From Tubulanus polymorphus (taxonomy: Eukaryota; Animalia; Nemertea): 64,000 nucleotides of DNA. Below the pieces are notes generated by a model that had not been told where the DNA came from, searched no databases, and was given only the letters and a program-made list of their open reading frames with translations. The stretch is taken from assembly GCF_964204645.1 (NCBI RefSeq), contig NC_134027.1, positions 22,902,560-22,966,559 on the forward strand. Reading direction: 5' to 3'. The translations under genes were made by a program, and so were the position numbers. Positions 50,001-62,000 of the stretch are shown here, one piece after another. Numbering within the stretch: the stretch's first letter is position 1; every line of letters starts with the position of its first letter.

Positions 50001-53000
50001 GGAATATTTTGTTTGAATTGAAGTATATCTGACTCCCCGTCACCTTGATTCAAAATTATATGTTTTCTTGATTTACTTTATCTACTCAATTTTCTAACAC
50101 GCAGGGAAATCCGGCGAACTTAACTGCACCTTTGTAAACGCGCAGATAAATATGGCGGACTTCTCTGCGCCTTCCTAAACACGCAGATAAATATGGCCGG
50201 AAAAGTGAAAATAAAAAATAAATTAATGTCCCTAGGACGCCGTCGTATTTTTAAGTCAGAATCATATTTTTACGAACCCCGTAATCGTGCATAGCTTCGC
50301 CCCTCTTAGTTGCAGAGTACGTATTTTCTTAATAGGTCGTTGTGGGGATCAAATGATTTAACGTGAACATTATATGCCCGATAGTGAGGAGGAAGGTCAT
50401 AAAAAACTACTGTATTCCTATAACCTCAAAAATCGTACATTCAAAAGTCCTGAGTGAAGAGCATGAATTTTGCGAGAAAATTTAAGAAAAGTGTACAATT
50501 TCCTACGACATTGATAATATCGCAAAGCAGGAAAAATACGGTAAAACATAACATACGTACAATATCGTCCCCTTGTGTAAAACAGCCGACATTACACGAT
50601 TTGACGTAACATTTAGCTGATGTTTTAACGGTAGACTATAGTATTTATCAAAGTAAAAGCTAATCAATGAAACAGATTCAGTAAAACCAGGGAGGTGGCC
50701 AACTCCCTGGTTTTACACTCGATCTGTTGATTATTGTTTACTAATACATAATAGGCGCGTTTCTTCACATTAAAGCATAATTTGTTTTCAATATTGTCTA
50801 AATCTAGGTATGTTGGACTGGAAGATAATTTGTTTCAATGAAGAGACGTTTATTGTAAATACAGCGCATTTGTTGGTTTTCCAACTCAAATCGATGAATG
50901 TATAACCGTTAAATACATCACAAGCGCTATTCTACACTTACACAATACAGACAATGTCGTGGAGTTGTCGACACCATTAACAGGATGACTGTTCTGATAA
51001 GCTGTACATCTATACTGACTTCCATTCTTATCCTTATCAGTTGATACTACTAGACTACTAGTAGATGTCTGTCCACTGTGAGATCCGGGTTTATGATTTA
51101 CTGCTGGGTTGGGTGACAAATTAGTCCATGTTGTCGTCCCAGAGTTGTTCGCCCAGACAATCGTAGACACCGGGTTACTGGAGTCAGTTGTACACGTCAG
51201 AGTTTTAGATGTACCTTCAACAACTGGACCGTTTGGAATTTCAGTCAGTGTCATTGATTCTGGTGGAACTATAAACAAATATTTAAATTCACGCTCCTTC
51301 ATTAGCCATTCAGGGAAAGCGCATTTATATGAACAACAATCTACAACACTTCATTTGATATCTGAAATAGCGTTTCATACTTACAGTGAACGGTAATTGT
51401 TGTATCTTTGTACAGATTTCCAGTTTGACATCTGTATTGAGCCTGATTCATAGATTTAGTTGCAGTAATAGATAATGCGCTAGTAGCCATAAACCCGTGA
51501 TAGGCTGCACTAGTTTGACTCGTAGTTGGTTGAGAGACAAGTGCTGTCCATGTGGTGGAGGAATATATGAACCACTGAATCTGTACAGCCGGGTTTGACG
51601 AGTCAGTTTTACACTCCATCCGTTGATTATTGTTAAATAATACACGATCTGCCGGTTTCTTCACCATTGTCAGTGATGTTGCTTGAACTAGAAATAATTT
51701 GTTTCAATATTATCAAAATCCAAGGATGTTGACGAAACAAAATTATGTCAAAAATAGAACCAAATTCACTTCACGAGGTTACGAGTAATTTGTAAACAAT
51801 GTATAGTACTTACAGTTGACAGTTAACACGAATTTATTAGAAATCATAGGTGTCGGTATACCAGCCCCAGTAGCTGTACATTGATATTTTGCCTGGTTAT
51901 CTGTTCTAGTGACGGATGTTGAATATGTTAGAGGACTAACTCCCTGTTTCACAGTGCTGCCAACTGGTGTTCTAGATATTAGCAGGTTCGGTACCGGGTT
52001 ACCCCCTGTAGCTGTACACGTGAAGTCAACGGAAGTGGAATCCCGAACTGGTGACGTCGGTCCTTGTAATGCAACACTGCTTGGCGGATCTGAAAAGGAC
52101 GAGAAAAATATTTTGCTAGCGGAAAAAAATTGAAGAATTGAAGCCGAAACGTCATGATTCAAAATAGAACGAATTTCATATAAATTCTCAATTCACTCTC
52201 ATTAATGAACCTCTACGTGTAGTTTAGAAACAGGTTTCATCTGGTAATTAATCCGGTGCAAAATATTTTCGAATGATCTGAAATGATATATTTTAGATTT
52301 TAAACTTACAGTAAACGGTAATCTTTGTATCCTTGTAAAGATTTCCAGTTTGACATCTGTATCGAGCCTGTTTCATGGTTTTAGTTGCAGTAATAGATAA
52401 TGTACTAGTAGCCATAAACCCGTGATTGGCACTAGTTTGAATCGTAGCTGGTTGAGAGACAAGTGGTGTCCATGTTGTAGAGGAATATGTGAACCACTGA
52501 ATCTGTACAGCCGGGTTTGACGAGTCAGTTTTACACTCTATCTGTTGATTATTGTTTACTAATACATAATCTGCCGGTTTCTTCATCATCGTCAGCGTTG
52601 TTGCTTGAACTAGAAATCATTTGTTCTCGATATTGTCAAAATCCGTGTGTGTTGACGAAACAAAATTATGTCAAAAATAAAACTGCATTTACTTCATGGG
52701 AATAACGAGTAATTTGAAAAATATCTGCAGTACTTACAGTTGACAGTTAATCTAACTTTATTTGAAATCATTGGTGTTGGTATACCAGCCCCAGTAGCTG
52801 TACATTGATATTCTGCCTGGTTATCTGTTTTAGTGGCGGATGTTGAATATGTTAGAGGGCTTATTCCCTGTTTGACAGTGCTGCCACCTGGTGTTCTAGT
52901 TATGGCGAGGTTCGGTACCGGGTTACCCCCTGTAGCTGTACACGTTAAGTCAACAGATTTGGATTCCTGAACGGGTGACGTCGGTCCTTGCAATGTAACA

Positions 53001-56000
53001 CTACTGGGCGGGTCTGAAATTTAAAGTGTTAAAAAAGCGATTATCATATTTGATCGATGATTTATATGTACAGCATTAACAGATTATTCTGTACAATTTC
53101 ATATTTCAGATTACCGGCCCAAATTCATTTGAAATGCATTAAAAAATCATATCTATTCCAAGCATAAGCTTTTGCATGAAGCTTTTTACGGAGTTATTTC
53201 TCTCATTCAAATAGATATAAAATATGAAGTATCGAGTCAAGTCAAACAATGCATTCGCATGAATATATTTCTCGTACGTTATTGATGTTTTAATTGTTCC
53301 GGTTCGCTGATAAACTGCCGCATACTTTTCAAAGCCGCGTCTCACCCGATCACAAATCGATGAAACACAGATTTGAAAAACGAACTCTTTTGAATCCATT
53401 GACTGGGTTATTTCCAACAAATTTCTGTTACGAATTGCCTAATATGAATACTAGGTAAATCACGTGTGTTCATCTATCTTAAGGTAATACTTACATAGAA
53501 CTTTGATAGTAATACTACCAGCAACTGATCCTGCTATATTCGATACGTTACATGTATAAACACCTGAATCAGTTCTACTGATTCGTGTAAAACTGAGTTT
53601 ATTATTAGACTGTCCTGATAGATTGACAACACTCCATTTATACGTCAGTCGTGTAGCTCCAGACTGTGAACCGTCACATGTGATTGTTAATGGTGAATTC
53701 TCCTGTACTGCGACGATGTTTTTGTTGGCGGTGTTTGGTTGAGATGTTAGGACTAGTCCACTCGGGGGCACTGTAAATATGAAACTATATTGAAAACCAC
53801 GGGGGTTTCGGTGGTTCATTTTCAATGCGTCTGCTACATTATAGATTTTGGCAATTTAAAAGAAATCATCAACATCAAAATTAATACATCAACATGAATC
53901 AGTTGTAGATAACAAAATATCCGTGATAAAACGATAAGAGTAAAATCCCACATTAAATGTATTGATAGATAAAAAGTTTAATTCGAATGTAAGAAATATT
54001 ACCCTTATTCAGTCTAAAATGACTTGCAAAATAAAACACAGCGCATGTACATAAATACATTGTCTATGCATGAAATAAGGTACGAATTACTGCACATTAA
54101 GTAATGGGGACTGGAGTACTGACATATTTTGAAACACAGATGTAATGGGGGCTGAAACCTTTATTGAGGTTGACAGAGCGGTCGGAATGAGTACAAATCA
54201 AAAGCGGATTCTTACTATGCGGTGTCTATAGTGAGATTGCTGTTTGGAAAAGCAATATTGGCTCCAGGGAATTCATAAGTATGCCCGATTTGCAAAGAAT
54301 GGAGGACTACCCGACATTTTCTAATTTCACCCTCTTAAAAGCATCCCGTTTATGTTCCTTGATTCTTCCCAGTTTCCCCAATATATAAAGGTTACAATCA
54401 GGACAGTGAGAACAGAACAGAGAAAGATACTTTATTAGCTTTGTGAAGTGCTTTCTCTAAAACTTTGTCCGGGTATGCCTTTTTTCAAAAAAAAGGTTGA
54501 TTATGTTACTAAAATTTCAGCGTTGTACGCAAATAAAGTGAAATTGACCATGATTCTGGGGCATTTTTGAGCGGTCATTGCCCCTTAATGCCCGAACCAA
54601 AAAATGTTAGAAAGCACTTTTACCCGATAATTTATTTGGAAATTTTGAAATTTGCCATCAAACCTTTTGTACGCTAAAATGGAATTGAAACCCACCTTTG
54701 AGCTCCCCTACTATGTAAAATCTCAAGGCCTAAAAAGTTTTTATCACAAATCCTTAAGCCCCAAGGGAAAGACCCTAAACAACTACCACTTTAAGGTAAG
54801 TTTGAGTGAATGGAAAGAAATTCAGGTAGGATTCACGGCTAGTAAGTTTACGAAAATCAGAGAAACCTAATCTCGAATTAATATTTTGTATGAGAACATC
54901 CAAAAAGGGTTTTTTCCATCGAACTCCCACTCGAAGGTAAACTTCTAGGAAGGATAAATAAAGAGAATTAAGAAATGTCAAAAGATGTCAAGGATGAGAT
55001 CAGTTGACACTAAACATAAAGTATAATCGACATAACTGCGCCATAGAAGAGGCGCGAATATAGGGTAAAATTTCAGATTCAATGTGTTCTAAGAAAAGGT
55101 TAGCTAGAATAGGCGATAGAGGCCCGTAGCGAAATCATATTGCGCAAAGAAAATGCCATCAAATTAAAAATAGGCTCTTCTAGCGCATAATTCTAAAAGA
55201 TCAACGAGACAGTTAACTGAGGCAGGATAATTCAAATTACAGGACGGGAGTTTACGGTTGATAAAATCTGAAGTGATTTCCAGAGAGATGCTGTGAATAG
55301 AGAGACTGCATCAAACGAAATGAACTTGTTGCCATTAAGGGTAACGTGACGTCTTGTAGTAAATCCATATCTTGTTTGTTATGAGAACCAGAGAACGAAC
55401 CAACAAAGGAGAAAGCGTTTTTTCAATCGAGGATCCAGGAAGATATCAAGAGGGAGAGCCCCTTCTTGAAATGATAAGATGCGTAAGGGGACATTACTTT
55501 TACGAATCTTAGGGGGGCCGTAAGGACAAGTCGGTAAGCTGGATAATCGGATGGTCAATTTCATAATAAATTATCATCAGTAGGATGTTAACATATACTG
55601 TGTATTTATTTGGGCAGTCATTTTAGACTGAAGAAGGGTGGTAGCAACCACCCGAAATGTTTCAAATATTTCAAATATTAAACAAGTTAGCAATCAATTC
55701 CTTTATTGCGGGATTTTATTTTTATCAATCAACATGCTGCAAATGATTAGAGTACGTGTAAAATGTTACACGTTTTACTCACGTTAATTTAATTAATAAA
55801 GCTTTAACGTTATTATTCGTCGCATTTTTTAACTCGCAGTCAGTAAATTGTTCAAACCCAGATCACATGGTGAATGCAATTTCACAGTCACTCTTCATCA
55901 CTGAACACGATTAGAGAAATGAGATATTATTGAACTTTTATCATTCTTACCTACTACAGTAATTATTGTGTTACTATTTGGGTAAGAGTTCATGTAATCA

Positions 56001-58075
56001 CAACTCCACTTTCCAGAATCAATCATCCGTACATTAGTGATACGTATACCATAGCGTCCAGCTGTGACGTCACATTCTCCTGTGTACCCAGTGATAGTTC
56101 CACGAGGACAGTTTGTCTCGTCAAACGCAAACTGCCCCGATTCGCCAGACATTGTTATTCTGAGACCGCAGAAATGTTTACCGGGTGGTGAAACCTGACA
56201 TTGTACGACAGTGGTGCCACCTAGTTTTACAACTGCTGGTGTAACTACTGTCGTGAGTGTCGTATCCGCTGCGTCTATACAGTTCTGCTGTTGTTCTAGA
56301 AATATTCAATACCCTCATATATATAATTTGTTGACCAATTAAAACCTTCGGCATGATGTCAAATGTTGTTGCTACACATGTATTGAGTCCCAAAAAGGGA
56401 TTAATTTACTATGGAAATGAGACATAGGGACCGAAAATTTTCATCGTTTTAACGGATTTTTCATATCTTCCAGTTTGCATTTTTTACTAGTTATTTGAAC
56501 AAATCATTTTCATACAGCGAGTTTCGTAATAGCACGTCTCGTATTAACGAGGTTCCACTGTATATAGATCATACGACGATCTCTAGAGAGAGTTCGAAAC
56601 TTGGTGCGTTTACATATTAATTCTTAAGAAATTAGAAATTCTTTAAAAAAAATTCAATATCAGAGTTTAATGTTTTTGATTCTGTATATACGTAGTGGGT
56701 TTAAATCTAAATTAAATACTGAAAATAGTAACTAAATATAAATTAAGCAGTTGAAAACGTCAAACTAAGGGTAATAATACAAGTAGAAGCAATCTAAAAA
56801 CCATTATCATGTTTGGTTTAAACTTAGAAAATCCTACACTAATATAACGGAAGATAAATTCCGATAAGTTTCCTTTAAGGTATAAATATTGTTCATCCAA
56901 CGTTTCGCCTATAAACTAATATAAACTAATAGGCATCTTCAGGAATACTAATATAGTGAAACAAAGTACGAGATATGATGCCATCGAGAACAAAAGAACC
57001 GTGTTTCTCATCACCGCGCACGTCCGAGGATTCAGTGACGAAAATCTGGTAAAGATGCATTGAGCGCTGCAGCGTCTAGTGTACTAATATCTGTTGGTTT
57101 TCGGTTTTTATGAGAACAAATTGAACACTCCTGCTAAATAGAATCTTTGTTCGTTATCATTTTTCTTCTTTTTACACAGTTGGAAATTTAAGAAAATGTC
57201 TTGAAATGCGCATTGTCAGTAATGGATCAGGTGATTGATGAAATTTGTGTAAATCGGGGTTTGAAACTGCCATTTGCTCTGACAGCGGTGAATTCGGTAA
57301 CGATCGACAATTTAAAAGAAAAAACCTGGCTCCCTCATGCCATCTTTACTGCATTTTCTACCTAAATCAAAATATACGAAATGGGTCGTCAGGCTCTTCG
57401 TCAATCCTACTTGCATATCACGGTAGAAATAAACGTCGGTCTCCCGCGTCACTTTTGAGAAACTAGTGCACAATGAGAAACACGGTATGTATTTTGAATG
57501 GCCTTAATTAGTGGTAGTATTTACCTGCTGTACATCTAACACAGAGAACAACCATCACAAACACACACCAAACTACCGGTACATTCTGAATATATATTAG
57601 AACAATAAATTACTTGTGTTTGTCATAACCAAAATTTTCATTTCTAAACCAATTAAATCGACGTCTCTTTGAAACGTGTTGATGGACTTTTTAACTATTC
57701 ATAACCATATGTTTTTAATCGAAAGCAGTAATGCATGCTCGATCTATTGACGAATAAGCCACCTGATCTGTCTAAACTCAAAATTGTTTGAACCATTTTA
57801 TCAATGGAATGAAGCCTTTGCTTTCATTATGGAGAGCCTTTAAATAAAGTCGAGTCGTGTTTGAGTAACTTATGAATCTGAATATATCATAGAACTATCG
57901 ATTATTTTGAATAACAAATCAATGTATGGAACTAACATAATTGTCTTACAGTTGAAAGGTGGCTGCGCTGGCTACTAGTAATGTTTAGGCCAGTCGCCTA
58001 TGCGTGTCTACGATTGTACTGCATATATATATATATAGGCCTATGTGTACTCACTTGGACGCGTTGGTCGTTCAT
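41039..58075 (-). CDS. Gene A2: paralogue (or haplotype copy) of A1, same 11-Ig architecture plus one extra tail exon
   Basis: Exons 58055-58075, 57525-57585, V 55951-56295, Ig 53495-53770, 52738-53013, 52310-52609, 51814-52089, 51385-51687, 50942-51268, 48717-48992, 48290-48592, 47883-48209, 46858-47130, FN3 46214-46519, 45428-45706, TM 45081-45219; tail includes 43004-43057 (EPIYAQV), 42275-42346 and 42018-42089 (DPIYSNV twice); last exon ends at 41039. Confidence 0.85.
43145..43604 (-). mobile_element. 5'-truncated LINE 3' end with a (GTTCAA)n tail, present only in A2
   Basis: (TTGAAC)4 array at 43146-43169; the A1 site tatagat-tgagccatc (~2177) is empty. Confidence 0.6.
49511..50247. mobile_element. 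Orthologous MITE copy in A2
   Basis: Same TIRs and internal sequence as 8054-8773. Confidence 0.72.
50711..50800 (-). pseudogene. Decayed 5' remnant of a KKPAD-type Ig exon (also ~24960-25050 in B1 and ~9150-9190 in A1)
   Basis: Encodes YVLVNNNQQIECK but lacks the AG acceptor and the 3' two-thirds of the exon. Confidence 0.6.
53930..55725 (-). mobile_element. Decayed Penelope-like element copy in the A2 intron
   Basis: ORFs 55379..55564 and 54775..54981 (KKPFLDVLIQ, FRKLTSRESYLNF). Confidence 0.72.
55623..55665 (+). ncRNA. Degenerate minimal hammerhead-like motif in the Penelope pseudo-LTR
   Basis: TTAGA-CTGAAGA-AGGGTGG-tagcaa-CCACCC-GAAA-tgtttc. The homologous copies at ~14690, ~19635 and ~60950 have a mutated or deleted GAAA. 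Confidence 0.45.
55951..56295 (-). CDS. V-like N-terminal Ig exon of A2
   Basis: Overlaps ORF 55898..56152; tctag acceptor and gtaaga donor; 345 nt. Confidence 0.85.
56896..56944 (-). ncRNA. Minimal type I hammerhead ribozyme-like motif (Penelope type)
   Basis: Minus strand TCCTGAAGA-TGCCTA-(loop)-TAGGC-GAAACGTT-GGA: CUGANGA core, stem II, GAAA, palindromic AACGTT stem III. Lies within an A2-specific insertion ~56615-57025. Confidence 0.6.
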
Positions 58076-59015
58076 TTTTTTCCAAATATCCTCGCGATCA
58101 ACATATCGATTATTTTGAAAGAAGATATTGGTTTTAAGTTTTTCAAGTATAACCACTCGCTTCCTTTCAACGTCGCAATCAAACACGTATGTCAAACCTA
58201 AGCCTAACGATTGCGAGGTAATAGAATCACGTAGACGAACACAAACCGGTAATCCAAATTTAGAAAACGTCTAATCAAAGAGAAACTTCGAAACTGAAAA
58301 CGTCTGGACGATTTTCACTTCCTGGTCGCATTATACACACTTGATTTATATCTACACATACCTACATACAATATAGGCCTACCCGCGGCGTATGTGCCTA
58401 GTTGACAGCAGTACGAGTTACTTGACGACATTCTTCTGATTTATAATGCCTACACTCTATACATAAACAGCGGCATTATAGTCCTATATTCTTGAAGGTT
58501 ATTGATTAAGTATCTTTGTTCATTGTGGGAAAACCCACGCAGTATAGGTCTTGTATTTTCGTGTAAAAATCGGCATTCAACACTGAATATCGATGATGAA
58601 ACTGATTCTTGTCGGTATCATTCGCTGTATTTACCTAACTTCCTGGTCGGAATAGAAATACGTCTTTTTTAAATATTCATTCGACAGAAATTCTAAGCGC
58701 TCTTCATCCTGTTAATACGTAGATCAGCAATTTGAATGTTGTAAGTTAATCGTTTTACTATGAAGTCTAAATTTAAAATAAAAAATCTTCCTTTCGCTTT
58801 GCTCTTGTTTTTTATTTACGTAACGAAGGCCACAAAACTCAATTGCTTAAGGTCAGAAAAACATTTTATTTTTTTTTCAGTGTTATCACATTCGATTATA
58901 GTTACAGTTTCTTTATTTGTTATGATATCTGTCTAAAGTATTCGTTATGTTATGATATTTGTATACTATTTTCTTATTGAAGGAATTCTGCGGTTCTTTG
59001 AAAAGCATAAAGAGC
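58076..59015. promoter_or_regulatory. Putative bidirectional promoter of A2/B2
   Basis: Copy of 16758-17694 retaining GAAACTGAAA (58290), two ACTTCCTGGTCG sites and GGGAAAACCC (58527). Confidence 0.6.
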
Positions 59016-62000
59016 ATGTATGGAAAGGTAAGGACGAGAGCTACCACGTATTTCATCCAAATTCATTTTTGTAGATTGAATCTATGCAGTTCCATTGATT
59101 AACTAAACCTTGTGACTGATAAATGCGTGGTAAATCATTATCTATCGAGATCCAAACGAAAACCGATTTCGAAGCCGATATCACACGTGACAAATTAGTA
59201 ATGCACACATTAATTTTCGGTCCCGGTTTGACAGTGTTATTTATCGAAACAGTCTAAAGGGTTTGATTAACAAATTCACATCTAGCGCAGACAGCCACCC
59301 CTGATATTCTAACATCAAGCAGATTGTGAAATCACGCAGCTTACATTATCTTCATTACAGAAGTGTTTGGCAGGGATTGTGGTATCACTTCTAATGTGGA
59401 CAGGAATAAACGGTAATATACAGTACAGATTTCTACTTGCAAAGCCGACCACAAGTGACATGATTAATTCATTTTGCATTGTGAATGTAACAAAAATCAT
59501 TAGAAGACATGCAGTCATCGGCTTTTCATGAGATTTGACATCAGGATAAAAGTTCTTTGATCCATTAGTAAGAACGCCCTAATCCGTGTACGCTGTAGAT
59601 GATTGAAGAAATCCCGCAATTCGAATTTGTATGAAAAATTTATTTCTTTATCGTATAAAATAAATGGGATTTCTTCAATTAATTCCTTAATCCACTTAGT
59701 ATCCATAATGACAAAATATTTAATGCGCCACAGGCAATCCTGTCCTTTTTCAAAGCAAATTTGACTATGAGAAGTTTTGTACATCCTCTACCCGACCACC
59801 ATTACGATTTCCACAAATTCCACTCGGACTCACTCTAGCATATCAAGGCCTGACAACTAATAGATTGACGCGGTTTTATACTCAACACAGATGACCTGAT
59901 ACGTTTCGTAATTCAGATATATATTTTTGCAACGAATACTCGGACGCAATTTCATAAACGTACCAAGGAAATGCACTGTTAATGACATATTGAGGAAATA
60001 CAATCTGTGAGCAACGTTGCTAGAATGTTTTGACATCATATGAATGATTTCATGCGAAATATGTAATGAATAAATCATGTATCTAAAATCACGTTGATCC
60101 AGTTTATAATCAGCCTTGCGTAAGTAGAAATCTGACTAATTCCACGTTTTTGTCACGAATTGATAATTCTTTGTGGATAGTTTCTCAACACCCTCCTCTG
60201 CATTTTTAGAATTAGGCTTCGTATATTGACTTCAACTCGAGTTATGATGTACCAGTTGATATCAGTCTAAAGTCGACTATAAATAAACTTTCATTTCCAT
60301 TGAAAATTTCAGGGCAGCAACAGAACTGTATCGACGCAGCGGATACGACGCTCACGACGGTTGCAACACCAGCAGTTGTAAAATTAGGTGACACCACTGT
60401 CGTACAATGTCAGGTTTCACCACCCGGTAAACATTTATGCGGTTTCGGAATAACAATATCTGGCCAATCGGGACAGTTTGAGTTTGACGAGATTAACTGT
60501 CCTAGGGGAACTATCACTGGGTATAATGGACAATGTGACGTCACATCTGGACGATATGGTATACGTATCACTAATGTACGGATGATTGATTCTGGAAAGT
60601 GGAAGTGTGATTACATGAACTCTTTTCCAAATAGTAACACAATAATTACTGTAATAGGTAAGCATGATAAAAAGTTCAATAATATCTCATTTCTCTTATC
60701 GTGTTCAGTGATGAAGAGTGGACTGTGAAATTGCATTCACCATGTGATTTGGGTTTGAACAATTCAATGACTGCGAGTTAAAAAATGTGACGAGTAATAA
60801 CGCTTTTAAAGCTTTACTAATTAAATTAACGTGAGTAAAACGTGTAACATTTTACACGTACTCTAATCATTTGTAGCATGTTGATTTATAAGAGTAAAAT
60901 CCCGCATTAAATGAATTGATTGCTAACTTGTTTAATATTTGAAATATTAGAAACATATCGGGTGGTTGCTGCCACCCTTCTTCAGTCTAAAATGACTGCC
61001 CAAATAAATACACAGTATATGTTAACATCCTACTGATGATAAATTTATTATGAAATTGACCAGCCGATTACCCAGCTTACCGACTTATCTTTACGCCCCT
61101 CCCCCTAAGATTCGTAAAAGTAATGTCCCTTTACGCATCTTATCATCTCAAGAAGGGGCTCTCCCTCTTGATATCTTTCTCGATCCTCGATTGAAAAAAC
61201 GCTTTCTCCTTTGTCGGTTCGTTCTCTGGTTCTCATGTCAAACACGATATTGATTTACTACAAGACGTCACGTTACCCCTAATGGCAACAAGTTCATTTC
61301 TTTTGACACAGTCTCTCTATTCACAGCATAGATCCCTCTGGAACTCACTTCAGATTTTATCAAACGTTAACTGTCTCGTTGATCTTTTAGAATTATGCGC
61401 TAGAAGAGCCTATTTTCAATTTGATGGCATTTTCTTTGCGCAATATGATTTCGCTACGGGCCTCTATCGCCTATTCTAGCTAACCTTTTCTTAGAACGAC
61501 ATTGAATCTGAAATTTTACCCTATATTCGCGCCTCTTCTATGGCACAGTTATGTCGATTATATCTTATGTTTAGTATCAACTGATCTCATCCTTGACATC
61601 TTTTGACATTTCTTAATTCCCTTTATTTATCCTTCCTAGCAGTTAACCTCCGAGTGGGAGTTCGATGGAAGAAACCCATTTTTTGATGTTTTCAGACAAA
61701 ATCTTAATTCGGGATTATAGGTTTCTCTGTTTTTTGTAAACTTACTAGCTGTGAATCCTACCTGAATTTCATTCCATTCACTCAAACTTACCTTAAAGTG
61801 GTGGTTGTTCAGGGTCTTTCCCTTGGGCCTTGGATTTGTGATAAAAACTTTTTAGGCCATGATATTTTACATAGTAGGGGAGCTCAAAGGTGGGTTTCAA
61901 TTCCATTTTAGCGTACAATAGGTTTGATGGCAAATTCCAATATTTCCAAATAAATAATCTGGTAAAAGTGCTTTCTTGCATTTTTTGGTTGGGGCATTAA

